Source of the DNA: an uncultured Acidimicrobiia bacterium
GTDB taxonomy: Bacteria; Actinomycetota; Acidimicrobiia; Acidimicrobiales; AC-14
Reading direction: 5' to 3'
Assembly (NCBI GenBank): GCA_963836205.1
Contig: CAWIIV010000011.1
Coordinates: 64,001 to 128,000 of the forward strand
Length of the DNA: 64,000 nt
Shown here: one piece after another, positions 18,055 through 27,395 of the stretch
Position numbering within the stretch: the stretch's first letter is position 1
Layout of the letters: the number at the start of each line of letters is the position of its first letter
Notes under the pieces: model-generated
Database searches by the model: none
What the model was told of the DNA's origin: nothing
What the model saw: the letters and a program-made list of their open reading frames with translations, nothing else
Program-made: the position numbers and the translations under genes

Positions 18055-18954
18055 GTGAGTGTGCCTTCGGCGCCTGAGTGGCCGGGGGTTCTGGCCGCGT
18101 GGACGTTCGAGCCGGTGACGGTCGCGGGCCTGGCCTCGGCGGCGGTGGCCTACGGGCAGGCGTGCCGGGTGGCCCGGTCGCTCACTCCCCGCCACCCGGT
18201 CGACGCATGGCGGCGGGCGGCGTTCTTCGGCGGGCTGGCGGTGGTGGGGGTCGCCCTCCTCTCGCCGGTCGACACCTACGCCGACGCCCTCCTGTCGGTC
18301 CACATGGCCCAGCACGTGCTGCTGACCCTCGTGGCCGCGCCCCTGCTCCTCCTGGGCCGGCCGGGGGAGCTGGCCCTGCGGGTGGTGTCGCCCGCCCGCC
18401 GGCGGCGGTGGCTGCGGGCCGGCCACTCCCCGGCCGTCCGGCTGGCGTCGGCACCCCTCGTGGCCTGGACCGTCTTCGCCGCCGCGGGCTGGGTTGTCCA
18501 CTTCTCGCCCCTGTTCGACGCCGCCCTCCGGTCCCAGCAGGTGCACGTCGCCGAGCACGCCCTGTTCCTGGGCACCGCCCTGTTGTTCTGGTGGCCGGTC
18601 GTGGGCGGCCATCCCGGCCGGCGTCCACTGGCCCACCCTGTCCGCCTCCTCTACCTGGGGGTGGCGATGCCCCAGAACACGTTCTTGGCCCTGGCCATCC
18701 TCGGGGCCAACGGGGTCCTCTACTCCCACTACGCCGATCTGGCCCGCTCGTGGGGACCGTCGCCCTTGGCCGACCAGCGCCAGGGGGCGGGGCTCATGTG
18801 GGTGGCCGGCGACCTGATCCTGCTGGTGTCGGTGCTGTTGGTGGCCGCCGCGTGGGCCCGCCACGAGCAGCGGGCGACGGAGCGGGCCGAGCGGGCGGAG
18901 GACGCGGCCGCGGCCGAGGCCGAGGCCGGCGCGGGCGCCCCCGGTTCTCCTTAG
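18055..18954 (+). CDS. ctaG: Second caa3-type CtaG assembly factor
   Basis: SVHMAQHVLL...APLLLLGRP...EHALF...DQRQGAGLMW. Confidence 0.85.
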   Translation: MSVPSAPEWPGVLAAWTFEPVTVAGLASAAVAYGQACRVARSLTPRHPVDAWRRAAFFGGLAVVGVALLSPVDTYADALLSVHMAQHVLLTLVAAPLLLLGRPGELALRVVSPARRRRWLRAGHSPAVRLASAPLVAWTVFAAAGWVVHFSPLFDAALRSQQVHVAEHALFLGTALLFWWPVVGGHPGRRPLAHPVRLLYLGVAMPQNTFLALAILGANGVLYSHYADLARSWGPSPLADQRQGAGLMWVAGDLILLVSVLLVAAAWARHEQRATERAERAEDAAAAEAEAGAGAPGSP

Positions 18955-19835
18955 TGGGGCAGGAGCTGGTCGACGGCCATGGCGCCGAACAGGAGGGTGA
19001 TGTAGGTGATCGACCACCCGAACAGCCGCATGGCCTTCTCGTAGGTGCCGCTGCGGGCCAGGGCCACCGCATGCCAGGTGAAGATGGCGCCCAGGACGAT
19101 CGCCGCCCCCCCGTAGAGCAGGCCCATCTCGCCCACCGGCCAGAAGGCGAGGCTGATCGCCCACAGGATGAGGGTGTAGGCCACGATCCGGCGGGACGTG
19201 AACTCGAAGCTGGCCACCGACGGGAGCATGGGGACTCCGGCGGCCGAGTAGTCGTCGCGGTAGCGGACGGCGAGGGCCCAGAAGTGGGGCGGGGTCCAGG
19301 CGAAGATGATGCCGAAGAGCACGACCGGGGCCCAGCTCAGCGTCCCGGTGACTGCGGCCCAGCCGACCAGCACCGGCACCGCCCCCGCGGCCCCGCCGAT
19401 CACGATGTTCTGGGTCGACGTCCGCTTGAGCCACAGGCTGTAGACGAAGACGTAGAAGAGGGTGGCCGACACCGCCAGCAGGGCGCTCAGGGGGTTCACC
19501 GTCAGCCACAGGACCGCCGCCGCCAGCAGCTCGAGGGCGATGGCGAACACCAGGGCGTTGCGGGGCGTGATCTCGCCGGTGACCAGGGGGCGCTTCTGGG
19601 TGCGCTGCATGATCGTGTCGATGTCGCGGTCGATGACCATGTTGGTGGCGTTGGCGCCGGCCGCGGCCAGGGTGCCGCCGACCAGGGTGGCGAAGATGAG
19701 CCACACCTCCGGCATCCCCCGCTGGGCCACCACCATCGTCGGCACCGTGGTCACCAGGAGCAGCTCGATGATGCGCGGCTTGGTGAGCGCCAGGTAGGCC
19801 GCGAAACGGGAACGGGTGGTGAGAACGGCGGTCAT
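18951..19835 (-). CDS. ctaB: Protoheme IX farnesyltransferase (heme o synthase)
   Basis: LTKPRI, DRDID..MQRT.KRPL, WTPPHFWAL. Confidence 0.95.
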   Translation of the reverse strand: MTAVLTTRSRFAAYLALTKPRIIELLLVTTVPTMVVAQRGMPEVWLIFATLVGGTLAAAGANATNMVIDRDIDTIMQRTQKRPLVTGEITPRNALVFAIALELLAAAVLWLTVNPLSALLAVSATLFYVFVYSLWLKRTSTQNIVIGGAAGAVPVLVGWAAVTGTLSWAPVVLFGIIFAWTPPHFWALAVRYRDDYSAAGVPMLPSVASFEFTSRRIVAYTLILWAISLAFWPVGEMGLLYGGAAIVLGAIFTWHAVALARSGTYEKAMRLFGWSITYITLLFGAMAVDQLLPH

Positions 19836-19896
19836 CCGGGCCTGAGACTACGGCCGGCCCGGCCGCAACCTCAAAGTAGCCCCCGGCCGTCGACCG

Positions 19897-20874
19897 TCAC
19901 GGGGCAACGGTGGGCGCGGCCGGCGCGGCCGGCGCGGCCGCCGTGCCCCGCCAGTCGGGTACGTAGTCCTGGCCCTGCTCGCCGCTGGTGAGGGCGGTCA
20001 CGCCCCCGTTGGCCACGTCGAGGACGAAGATCCGGGTGCCCCCGCCCCGGCCGCTCTGGAAGGCGATGAAGCGCCCGTCGGGCGCCCACGACGGGGCGAA
20101 GTCGCCGCTTCCGGCCTTGGTCTGGCGCTTCTCGCCGCTGCCGTCGACGTTGGCGGTGTAGATGTCGAAGTTGTTGCCCTGGGAACGCTGGAAGGCGAGC
20201 TGGGTGCCGTCGGCGGAGAAGACGGGCAGCTGGTCCTCGCCCTCGTCGTTGGTGACCCGGGTGACACCGGTGCCGTCGGGGTTGGTGAGGAAGATCTCGG
20301 AGTTGCCCTCCCGCACGCCGTGGAAGGCGATCCGGGAGCCGTCGGGCGACCACGAGGGGGCGAAGTCCGACGTCGCCTCGGTGGTGACCCGGGACGGGTT
20401 GGAGCCGTCGGCCCCCATCACGTAGATCTCGAAGTTGCCGTCGCGGTAGCTGGTGAAGGCGATGCGGGACCCGTCGGGCGACCAGGCCGGGAACTGGTCG
20501 ATGGCGCCGTGCTCGGTGATCCGCTTCTGGTCGGTTCCGTCGGCGGCCATCGTGTAGATCTCGAAGTTGCCGTCGCGGTCGGACTCGAAGGCGATCCTCG
20601 ACCCGTCGGGCGACCACGACGGGGTGGAGTCGTCGGTGGGACTGTCGGTCAGCCGGGTCTGGTTCCGCCCGGAGGCGTCCATGGAGTAGATCTCGAGGTT
20701 GCCGTCGCGGGTGCTGGCGAAGACGATCTGGCCCTGGAGCTGGGCGACGTCGGGGCCGGGCGACGTCGTGGTCTTGAACAGGATCACCGCCACCGCCGCC
20801 ACCAGGAGGAGGGCGACCGCCCCCGCCAGGTTGACGACCTGCGTGCGCTGGCTCCGGTCCAGGTCGGAAAGCAC
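19897..20874 (-). CDS. Membrane-anchored TolB-like beta-propeller (PD40 repeats)
   Basis: Repeated PxWSPDGSRIAF..RDGNFEIY after one TM helix. Confidence 0.85.
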   Translation of the reverse strand: MLSDLDRSQRTQVVNLAGAVALLLVAAVAVILFKTTTSPGPDVAQLQGQIVFASTRDGNLEIYSMDASGRNQTRLTDSPTDDSTPSWSPDGSRIAFESDRDGNFEIYTMAADGTDQKRITEHGAIDQFPAWSPDGSRIAFTSYRDGNFEIYVMGADGSNPSRVTTEATSDFAPSWSPDGSRIAFHGVREGNSEIFLTNPDGTGVTRVTNDEGEDQLPVFSADGTQLAFQRSQGNNFDIYTANVDGSGEKRQTKAGSGDFAPSWAPDGRFIAFQSGRGGGTRIFVLDVANGGVTALTSGEQGQDYVPDWRGTAAAPAAPAAPTVAP

Positions 20875-20878
20875 GGGT

Positions 20879-21937
20879 TCAGTGTGACCGATCGAGGGTC
20901 GGCTGTGGGGAGGGAGCTGTCTTTCCGCGCAGCCATTCACCGACGCCGGCCGCGAACAGGGCCGGTGAGCCCCCGGTGTGGAGGAAAACGGTTCTGGTGC
21001 GGGGGTCGATCCGCCCGTCGGCCCGAGCCGCGATCAGCCCGGCCATGGCCTTGCCGGTGTAGACGGGGTCGAGGAGGAGCCCCTCGGTGCGGGCGGCGAG
21101 GACGATGGCGTCGCGGCAGGCGTCGGTGAGGTCGGCGTAGCGCCGGCCGACCTGGTCGTGGTCGACGACGACGGTGCCAGTCGGCTCCGGCCGCCCGGCC
21201 AGGGCCGCCGCCTGGGCGGCCTTGCCCGGGAGGACGTCCTCGACGTCGGGCCGGGCGCCCACGTCGACGCCCAGGATGCGGTCGTGGTCGCCGATGCCGA
21301 CGGCCAGGCCGGCATGGGTGCCACCCGAGCCGTCGGCCACGACGATGAGGTCGGGCTCGGCCCCCGTGGCCTCGACCGCCTGCCGGAGGATCTCGGTACC
21401 CGCCCCCACGTAGCCGAGGGCGCCCACCGGGCTGGCCCCGCCCACCGGGATGCCGTAGGGGCGACGGCCGTCGGCGACCAGGCGCTCGGTGGTGGCCACG
21501 ATGGCGGCTTCGACGGCGTAGTAGTCGAGACCCCCACCGTTTTCGCCGCCGCCGTCGCCGATGCGGACGACCTCGGGCCCGAAGAGCTCGTCGAGGACGA
21601 CGTTGCCGGTGGCCACTGCGGGCGCGTCGCCAGGGACGACCACGACGCACGCCAGTCCCAGGCGATTGGCGGCGGCGGCCGTCATCCGGACGTGGTTGCT
21701 CTGCTGGCCGCCGCCGGTGACCAGGACGTCGCAGCCCCGGGCGATGGCGTCGGCGCAGAGGAACTCGAGCTTGCGGGCCTTGTTGCCTCCGCCGCCGAGG
21801 CCGGTGACGTCGTCCCGCTTCACCCACAGCGTGCCCGGCGCCATGCCCAGGGCGGCACCGAGGCGGGGGAGGGGTTCGAAGGGGGTGGGCAGGGTCACCA
21901 ACGGGATCCGCCGCTCGAGCGCAGGGCCGGTGAACAT
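20879..21937 (-). CDS. PLP-dependent D-cysteine desulfhydrase-family protein
   Basis: KRDD...GGNKARKLEF, QSNH; DPVYTGK and HTGG rather than the YEGK/HLGG of ACC deaminase. Confidence 0.85.
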   Translation of the reverse strand: MFTGPALERRIPLVTLPTPFEPLPRLGAALGMAPGTLWVKRDDVTGLGGGGNKARKLEFLCADAIARGCDVLVTGGGQQSNHVRMTAAAANRLGLACVVVVPGDAPAVATGNVVLDELFGPEVVRIGDGGGENGGGLDYYAVEAAIVATTERLVADGRRPYGIPVGGASPVGALGYVGAGTEILRQAVEATGAEPDLIVVADGSGGTHAGLAVGIGDHDRILGVDVGARPDVEDVLPGKAAQAAALAGRPEPTGTVVVDHDQVGRRYADLTDACRDAIVLAARTEGLLLDPVYTGKAMAGLIAARADGRIDPRTRTVFLHTGGSPALFAAGVGEWLRGKTAPSPQPTLDRSH

Positions 21938-22034
21938 CCGCTCCGACGGTATCGGCCGCTGCGGGGAGGGTCGTGAATGCGCAGGTGAACGAGGTGTGAA
22001 CGGGGCGAGGGCCGACCTTGACCATGACGGGAAT

Positions 22035-25000
22035 ATGATCGTGGCCGTGAGCGACACAGAGCCCCAGGGGGGCCCTGGGCGCCCGCGTGACGCCGGTGGT
22101 CAGGTGCTGGTGTGGATGCGGGACGAATTCGAGGCCCTGCGCCGACAGGTCCACGCGCTCGCATCCAGCGTGGCCCAGCAACGCGCCATGCTCACCGAGC
22201 TGGGCGGGAACCGGGTCGCGGAGCTGTCCACGTCGCTGGCCGAGCTGGAGGGCTGCGCCGCCGCCCTGCGCAACGAGGCCGCCCGCCTCCAGTCCATCGA
22301 GCGCTCCCTCGGAGACCGGCTGGCGGCGGTGGTGGGCGAGGCCGTGTCACAGCAGGTGGGCGAGATGTCACTCAAGGGTATGGAGACGCTCCTGCAGGAC
22401 CGGCTCACCGACGTGGTCGCCGACGCCGTCCGTCCCCAACTGCGGGCCGCCATCGCCGCCCGCCTGCCGGAGCTGGTCAACGAGGTGGTCCAACCCCAGG
22501 TGAAGGCGGCGCTGGCCGAGCTCCACGGGTGCACGACCGAGCTGCGAACGGAGTACGCCAACCTCCGAGCCTTGCGCGACGACCTCCTGGTCCGCTTTCC
22601 CCGGCTGGTGGAGACCTCGGTCGAGCGGGTGCTGGCCCGCCAGGCCGCCTCCATCACCGCCAACGCGGCCAACGCGGGACGGGCCGCGGCGGCCGCGTTG
22701 ATCGCCGCCCCTCCCACCGCCGCGCCACCCGCCCCGGCCGCGGCCGCGGGCTCGCAGTCCGCCGCCGCCGGGCCCGGCTCGCAGTCCGCCGCCGCCGAGC
22801 CCGGCCAGCAGTCCGCCGCCGTCGAGCCCGGCCCGCAGGCCGCGGCCGGCGCCCCGCCCGTCCCCGCAGCCGCGCCGGTGCCGACCGGCTCGGCGGCCTC
22901 GACGGGCCTGCCCACCCCCGCCGGGGCGACCCCGCCCGTGGCTTCGCCGCCCTTGCACGGGGCACCGCCGGCTACCGATGTTCCGCCCGCCCCGCCCGCG
23001 CCGCCCTCCGCCGCTCCGACCGGGCCCGGTGTCGGCCCGCACGCCTCGGCGTCGCCGTCCACCGGCACGGTCCCCGGCCCTCCGCCGCCCACGGGCGTGA
23101 GCCCGGCGGCCCCGGGTCCGGCCGCCTCCTCCGGCACACGCACCGCGCCACCTGCCGCGGGCGGAGCGAACGCTCCGGGCACCCCCGACCCCCCTTCCAC
23201 GGTTCGCCCATCGGCCACGTCGCCCGCCGATCCCTTCGGGGCCGGACGCCCGGCCACCACTCCCCCGGTTGACCGCGGCGCTTCGGGCCTGCCCACGACT
23301 TCGCCCGCCGGGCCGCCGCCGGCGTCGACACCGACCCCGGCCTCGACCGCACCGGCGGAGCCGGCCGCCCCGTCGGCGGTCGTCGTCGATACCGCGCCAC
23401 CCCGGCCCCCCGAGGCCCCGTCCCAGCCGGCGACCGCCCCGGCGACTGCGTCGAGCCCGTCGGCGGCGCCCGTCACCGGCCCGCCGGCCGCCCCCGCCGA
23501 GGCGGCCCGCACCGAGGTCATCTCCACCCCCTCCGTGCCCGTCCCGACCACCACCGACCCGACCGCCAACGGGCCCGCTCCCGGCACTGTCCGGTACGCG
23601 GAAGAGGCGGCCGCCGCGGCCGCGGCCGCCGCCGCCGACGCGGCCGACGGGATCGCCTGCGTCCTGCCGGGCATGGTCGTCGGACCGTCCCTCGCCGTCG
23701 GGGTGGCCGAGGCGCTCGGCCGGGCCCGCCTGCGCCGCCGGCGCCGCCGCCGGGCGGCTCCCCCCGCGGCCGGCCTCTACCGCCGCGACCCGTTCGCCGG
23801 ACACGTCACCCGTCGCCTCGAGCGATTCGCCCGGGGCCGGGCCACCCCGCCCACAACCGGCCGGGCCATGGGTGCCGGGGGATGGGCCAACGTCGTCGTC
23901 GGCGAGCGGGAGGCGGCCGAGGTGGGCGTCGACCTGTCGGCCGGTGGACTCGTCCTGGCCGGCCCCAGCGCGGCCGACGTCGTCCGGGCCGCCGTCACCG
24001 GGCTCCTGGCCGACCAGGGCCCGTCCACCATGGCGGCCGTCGTGGCCGGCGACCTCCTCCCGGCGGTTCCCCCGTTCCCCGGTCTGGCCCAGACGGTGGT
24101 GCTCGGACCGGCCATCGACGAGCTCACCAGCGAGGTCGGCCGGCGGGTCCAGCTCCTGGCCGACGACCACGTTCCTGACGCCGGCGCCTACCGGGCCAAG
24201 CATCCCGACGCCAACTTCCCGATGATCGTCCTCGCCGCGGCCGACGTCGGTCCCGACGATCTCGAGCGGGTGCGGGCCCTGTTCGCCGAGGGGGCCCGGG
24301 CCGGCGTGTCCGGAATCGTCGTCCCCGCCGCCGACCCGAACGGCGCCGACATCCTTCTGGCACCGGGCGGGATGGTGGCCGAGGCCCGGTCCGACGCCCT
24401 CGGCGACCGCCTCAACGGCGCCCGCCTGTTCCGCATGGAGCCCCAGGTGGCGGCCGAGCTGCTGGCCGTGCTGGCCTCGGCCCGCACCGACGGCGAGCAC
24501 ATGCGCCCCGTCCCCGACGACGACGAGTCGTTCATGCCGGCCACGTCGGCCGCCACCGCGCCGGTGGCGGTGCAGCTGCTCGGCGTCTACCGGATCGAGG
24601 TCGACGGCACCGAGATCAAGAGCGGGCTGCGGGCCAAGGCCAAGGAGCTGCTGGCCTTCTACCTGCTCCACCCGGAGGGGGCCACCCTCGACGACGCGGT
24701 CGAGGCCCTGTGGCCGGAGGCCGATCCCCGCCGGGGCTCGGAGTGGTTCTGGACCGCCCTCGGCAACCTCCGCACCAAGCTGCGCCAGGCGACGGGCCAG
24801 AAGGAGCTCAAGGTCATCGACCGCGACGGCGACCTCTACCGCATCGAGGACGTGTTCGACGTCGACCTGTGGAGCCTCCAGCACGCCCTGCGGGAAGGGG
24901 CCCAGAGCCGCGACGACGCCGTCCGCCAGTCGGCGCTCGACCGGGCGGTGGCCGACTACGACGGTGAGCTGCTGGTGGGCCTCGACTGGTTCTGGCTGGA

Positions 25001-25295
25001 GACGCCCCGCGAGGACCTTCGCCAGCGGATGGTCGACGTGTTGGTGTGGCTGGGCGACCGCCGGTGGGCCTCGGGCGACGCCCGGGCGGCGTGGGCCGCG
25101 TTGCAGCGGGCGCTGGAGGTCGACCCCTACGCCGAGCAGATCTACCGGCGGATCATGCGCCTCCAGGGCAAGCTCTCCCGCCCCGACGACGCCGACGTCA
25201 CCTACCGGCGGTTGCTCGCCAAGCTCCAGGAGGTCGACCTCGTCCCGACCTCCGAGACCGACAAGCTCCACGCCGAGGTCTGCCCCCAGGCATAG
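22035..25295 (+). CDS. Large protein: coiled coil, Pro/Ala linker, degenerate ATPase-like region, C-terminal wHTH-BTAD
   Basis: VQLLG...KELLAFYLLHP...EALWPE...VDLW...Y.GELL...DPYAEQIYRRIMRL. Confidence 0.7.
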   Translation: MIVAVSDTEPQGGPGRPRDAGGQVLVWMRDEFEALRRQVHALASSVAQQRAMLTELGGNRVAELSTSLAELEGCAAALRNEAARLQSIERSLGDRLAAVVGEAVSQQVGEMSLKGMETLLQDRLTDVVADAVRPQLRAAIAARLPELVNEVVQPQVKAALAELHGCTTELRTEYANLRALRDDLLVRFPRLVETSVERVLARQAASITANAANAGRAAAAALIAAPPTAAPPAPAAAAGSQSAAAGPGSQSAAAEPGQQSAAVEPGPQAAAGAPPVPAAAPVPTGSAASTGLPTPAGATPPVASPPLHGAPPATDVPPAPPAPPSAAPTGPGVGPHASASPSTGTVPGPPPPTGVSPAAPGPAASSGTRTAPPAAGGANAPGTPDPPSTVRPSATSPADPFGAGRPATTPPVDRGASGLPTTSPAGPPPASTPTPASTAPAEPAAPSAVVVDTAPPRPPEAPSQPATAPATASSPSAAPVTGPPAAPAEAARTEVISTPSVPVPTTTDPTANGPAPGTVRYAEEAAAAAAAAAADAADGIACVLPGMVVGPSLAVGVAEALGRARLRRRRRRRAAPPAAGLYRRDPFAGHVTRRLERFARGRATPPTTGRAMGAGGWANVVVGEREAAEVGVDLSAGGLVLAGPSAADVVRAAVTGLLADQGPSTMAAVVAGDLLPAVPPFPGLAQTVVLGPAIDELTSEVGRRVQLLADDHVPDAGAYRAKHPDANFPMIVLAAADVGPDDLERVRALFAEGARAGVSGIVVPAADPNGADILLAPGGMVAEARSDALGDRLNGARLFRMEPQVAAELLAVLASARTDGEHMRPVPDDDESFMPATSAATAPVAVQLLGVYRIEVDGTEIKSGLRAKAKELLAFYLLHPEGATLDDAVEALWPEADPRRGSEWFWTALGNLRTKLRQATGQKELKVIDRDGDLYRIEDVFDVDLWSLQHALREGAQSRDDAVRQSALDRAVADYDGELLVGLDWFWLETPREDLRQRMVDVLVWLGDRRWASGDARAAWAALQRALEVDPYAEQIYRRIMRLQGKLSRPDDADVTYRRLLAKLQEVDLVPTSETDKLHAEVCPQA

Positions 25296-25311
25296 AGGCC
25301 GGCCATCGCGG

Positions 25312-25812
25312 TCACACCTCGTGGATCGTTGGGGCGACGATGTGCCCGTCCTCCACGTCGAAGGTGGCCAGGGTGTGGACGGGTTGGCGGCGGCGCTCGG
25401 TGGGCGAGCCCGGGTTGAGGAGGAGCTGGCCGTCGACGCCCGGCTCCAACCACGGGATGTGACTGTGGCCGAAGACCACCAGGTCTCGGTCGGGGAACTT
25501 CCGCCGCATCCGCCGGGCCCGGCCGGACGCGTCGCCGCTGTCGTGCACCATCCCCACCCGCACTCCGTCGAGGTCGATCTCCAGGACCTCGGGCAGCAGG
25601 CCCACCAGCTCGTGGTCGTTGTTGCCGAGGACGGCGTGGACGGGAGCGAAGCCGGCCAGCTCGTCGAGGACCGCGCCCGTCACCACGTCGCCCGCGTGGA
25701 GGATGACGTCGGCCCGGCCGAGGTGGGCGTAGGCGGCGTCGGGCAGCCGCCGGGACCCGCCCCGGTGGATGTGGGTGTCGGACAGGACGACGACGCGACG
25801 CACGGAAGCCAT
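25312..25812 (-). CDS. YfcE-like metallophosphoesterase
   Basis: SDTH, HAGD, GNND, FGHSH, NPGS. Confidence 0.9.
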   Translation of the reverse strand: MASVRRVVVLSDTHIHRGGSRRLPDAAYAHLGRADVILHAGDVVTGAVLDELAGFAPVHAVLGNNDHELVGLLPEVLEIDLDGVRVGMVHDSGDASGRARRMRRKFPDRDLVVFGHSHIPWLEPGVDGQLLLNPGSPTERRRQPVHTLATFDVEDGHIVAPTIHEV

Positions 25813-25846
25813 CCTTCCCCAAAGCCCATGGGTAGCCTCGGAGCCA

Positions 25847-26890
25847 ATGGACCCGGTCGCCGCCCTCCAGCGCATCGCCTACCTGCTCGAGAAGGCGGGG
25901 GCGCCCACCTACCGGGTGCGCGCCTTCCGGTCGGCGGCGTCGACCCTCGCCGAGCTCGGCCCCGACGGCGTCCGGGAGCGGGCGGCGACGGGCCGGCTGC
26001 GCGATCTCCCCGGCGTCGGCCAGACCACCGAGGCCGTCGTGCAGGAGGCGCTGGCCGGGGGCGTTCCCGCCTACCTCAAGAAGCTGGAGGACGAGCTCGT
26101 CTCGTCCCTGACCGACGGGGAGGACGAGCAGGGCGAGCACCCGGCCACCCTGGCCATCCGGGCCGCCCTCAAGGGCGACCTCCACACCCACTCCGACTGG
26201 TCCGACGGGGGCAGCAGCATCGACGAGATGGCCCGCACCGGCCGCGACCTGGGCCACGACTACATGGCCCTCACCGACCACTCGCCCCGGCTGACGGTGG
26301 CCCGGGGCCTGTCCCCCGAGCGCCTGCGCCGGCAGCTCGACGTGGTGGCCGAGGTCAACGAGCGCCTGGCCCCGTTCCGGCTGCTCACGGGCATCGAGGT
26401 CGACATCAACGAGGACGGGTCCCTCGATCAGGAGGACGAGCTGCTGGCCCGTCTCGACGTGGTGGTGGCCAGCGTCCACTCCAAGCTGCGGATGGAGTCG
26501 GCCCTCATGACCCCCCGCATGATCAAGGCCGTCCGCAACCCGTACACCGACATCCTCGGCCACTGCACCGGCCGGCTGGTGGCGGGGAAGGGCCGGCCCG
26601 AGTCGGCGTTCGACGCGGCCGCCGTGTTCGCGGCCTGCGCCGAGACCGACACCGCGGTGGAGATCAACAGCCGGCCCGAGCGACTCGACCCGCCCCGGCG
26701 GCTACTGCGAATGGTGGTGGCGGCGGGCTGCAAGGTGGCCATCGACACCGACGGCCACGCCCCCGGCCAACTGGAGTGGCAGATGAACGGCTGCCGCCGA
26801 GCCGCCGAGTGCCAGGTCCCGCAAGAGGCGATCGTGAACACCTGGTCGGCCGACGAGCTCCTGGCCTGGACGGCCAGCCACCAGGCGTAG
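25847..26890 (+). CDS. PHP-domain protein with PolX-like HhH N-terminus
   Basis: YRVRAFR, LPGVG, GDLHTHSDWSDG, TDHS, IDTDGH. Confidence 0.88.
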   Translation: MDPVAALQRIAYLLEKAGAPTYRVRAFRSAASTLAELGPDGVRERAATGRLRDLPGVGQTTEAVVQEALAGGVPAYLKKLEDELVSSLTDGEDEQGEHPATLAIRAALKGDLHTHSDWSDGGSSIDEMARTGRDLGHDYMALTDHSPRLTVARGLSPERLRRQLDVVAEVNERLAPFRLLTGIEVDINEDGSLDQEDELLARLDVVVASVHSKLRMESALMTPRMIKAVRNPYTDILGHCTGRLVAGKGRPESAFDAAAVFAACAETDTAVEINSRPERLDPPRRLLRMVVAAGCKVAIDTDGHAPGQLEWQMNGCRRAAECQVPQEAIVNTWSADELLAWTASHQA

Positions 26891-26916
26891 CGGGGGAGGG
26901 CGACGCTGCCCCCCCG
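26891..26916. terminator. GC hairpin between convergent genes
   Basis: CGGGGG-AGGGCGACGCTGCC-CCCCCG. Confidence 0.4.
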
Positions 26917-26920
26917 CCGG

Positions 26921-27331
26921 CTACGACGCGATGCGGATGTGGCTGACGGTGGCCAGCTCGGGCTCGGACTCGATGTCCTCCAGGAGGATGTCGGTGCCGA
27001 TGGCCCAGCCGTCCAGCTCCTCGACCTCGACCGACTCCACGATGGCGGTGGCGGCGGCGGGGCTGAGGTTGCACGTCCACCAGGGCCGGTTGTCCTCGTC
27101 CTTCTTCGACGCCCGGAGGGCGGCCCAGAGGACGTGACCGGCGAAGGTCGTGGGGATCAGCCCACCGCGCTCGAGCCGGCAGTGGCCGTCGAACACCAAC
27201 GGCACCGACCAGTCGGTAACCCGCAGCGGACCCCGGAAGGAGATCGACCCCCGGTGGGCTTTGAAGGGGATGCTGAGCAGACGGGTGAGGTCCTCAGCCA
27301 GATCGTCAAGTTGTGCCTGCTTGATCGCCAT
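26921..27331 (-). CDS. Hypothetical protein
   Basis: Plausible codon use and globular composition (MAIKQAQLDDL...). Confidence 0.6.
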   Translation of the reverse strand: MAIKQAQLDDLAEDLTRLLSIPFKAHRGSISFRGPLRVTDWSVPLVFDGHCRLERGGLIPTTFAGHVLWAALRASKKDEDNRPWWTCNLSPAAATAIVESVEVEELDGWAIGTDILLEDIESEPELATVSHIRIAS

Positions 27332-27395
27332 ATCCGACGTATCGGCAGTCCTGGACGAGAACATTAGGGATTGGGGGCGGGAGGGAGGAAGGTTC

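Noticed and set aside
17564-18058. Repeat-protein ORFs across the 72-bp array (also across the 18-bp VNTR)
   Set aside because: Open frames arise from stop-free repeats with a length divisible by three; no coding signal
20879-21937. ACC deaminase
   Set aside because: Has YTGK/HTGG rather than the diagnostic Glu/Leu residues
22100-25271. Long antisense and alternative-frame ORFs here and throughout the window
   Set aside because: Shadow ORFs expected at this GC content; Arg/Pro/Gly-rich with no motifs
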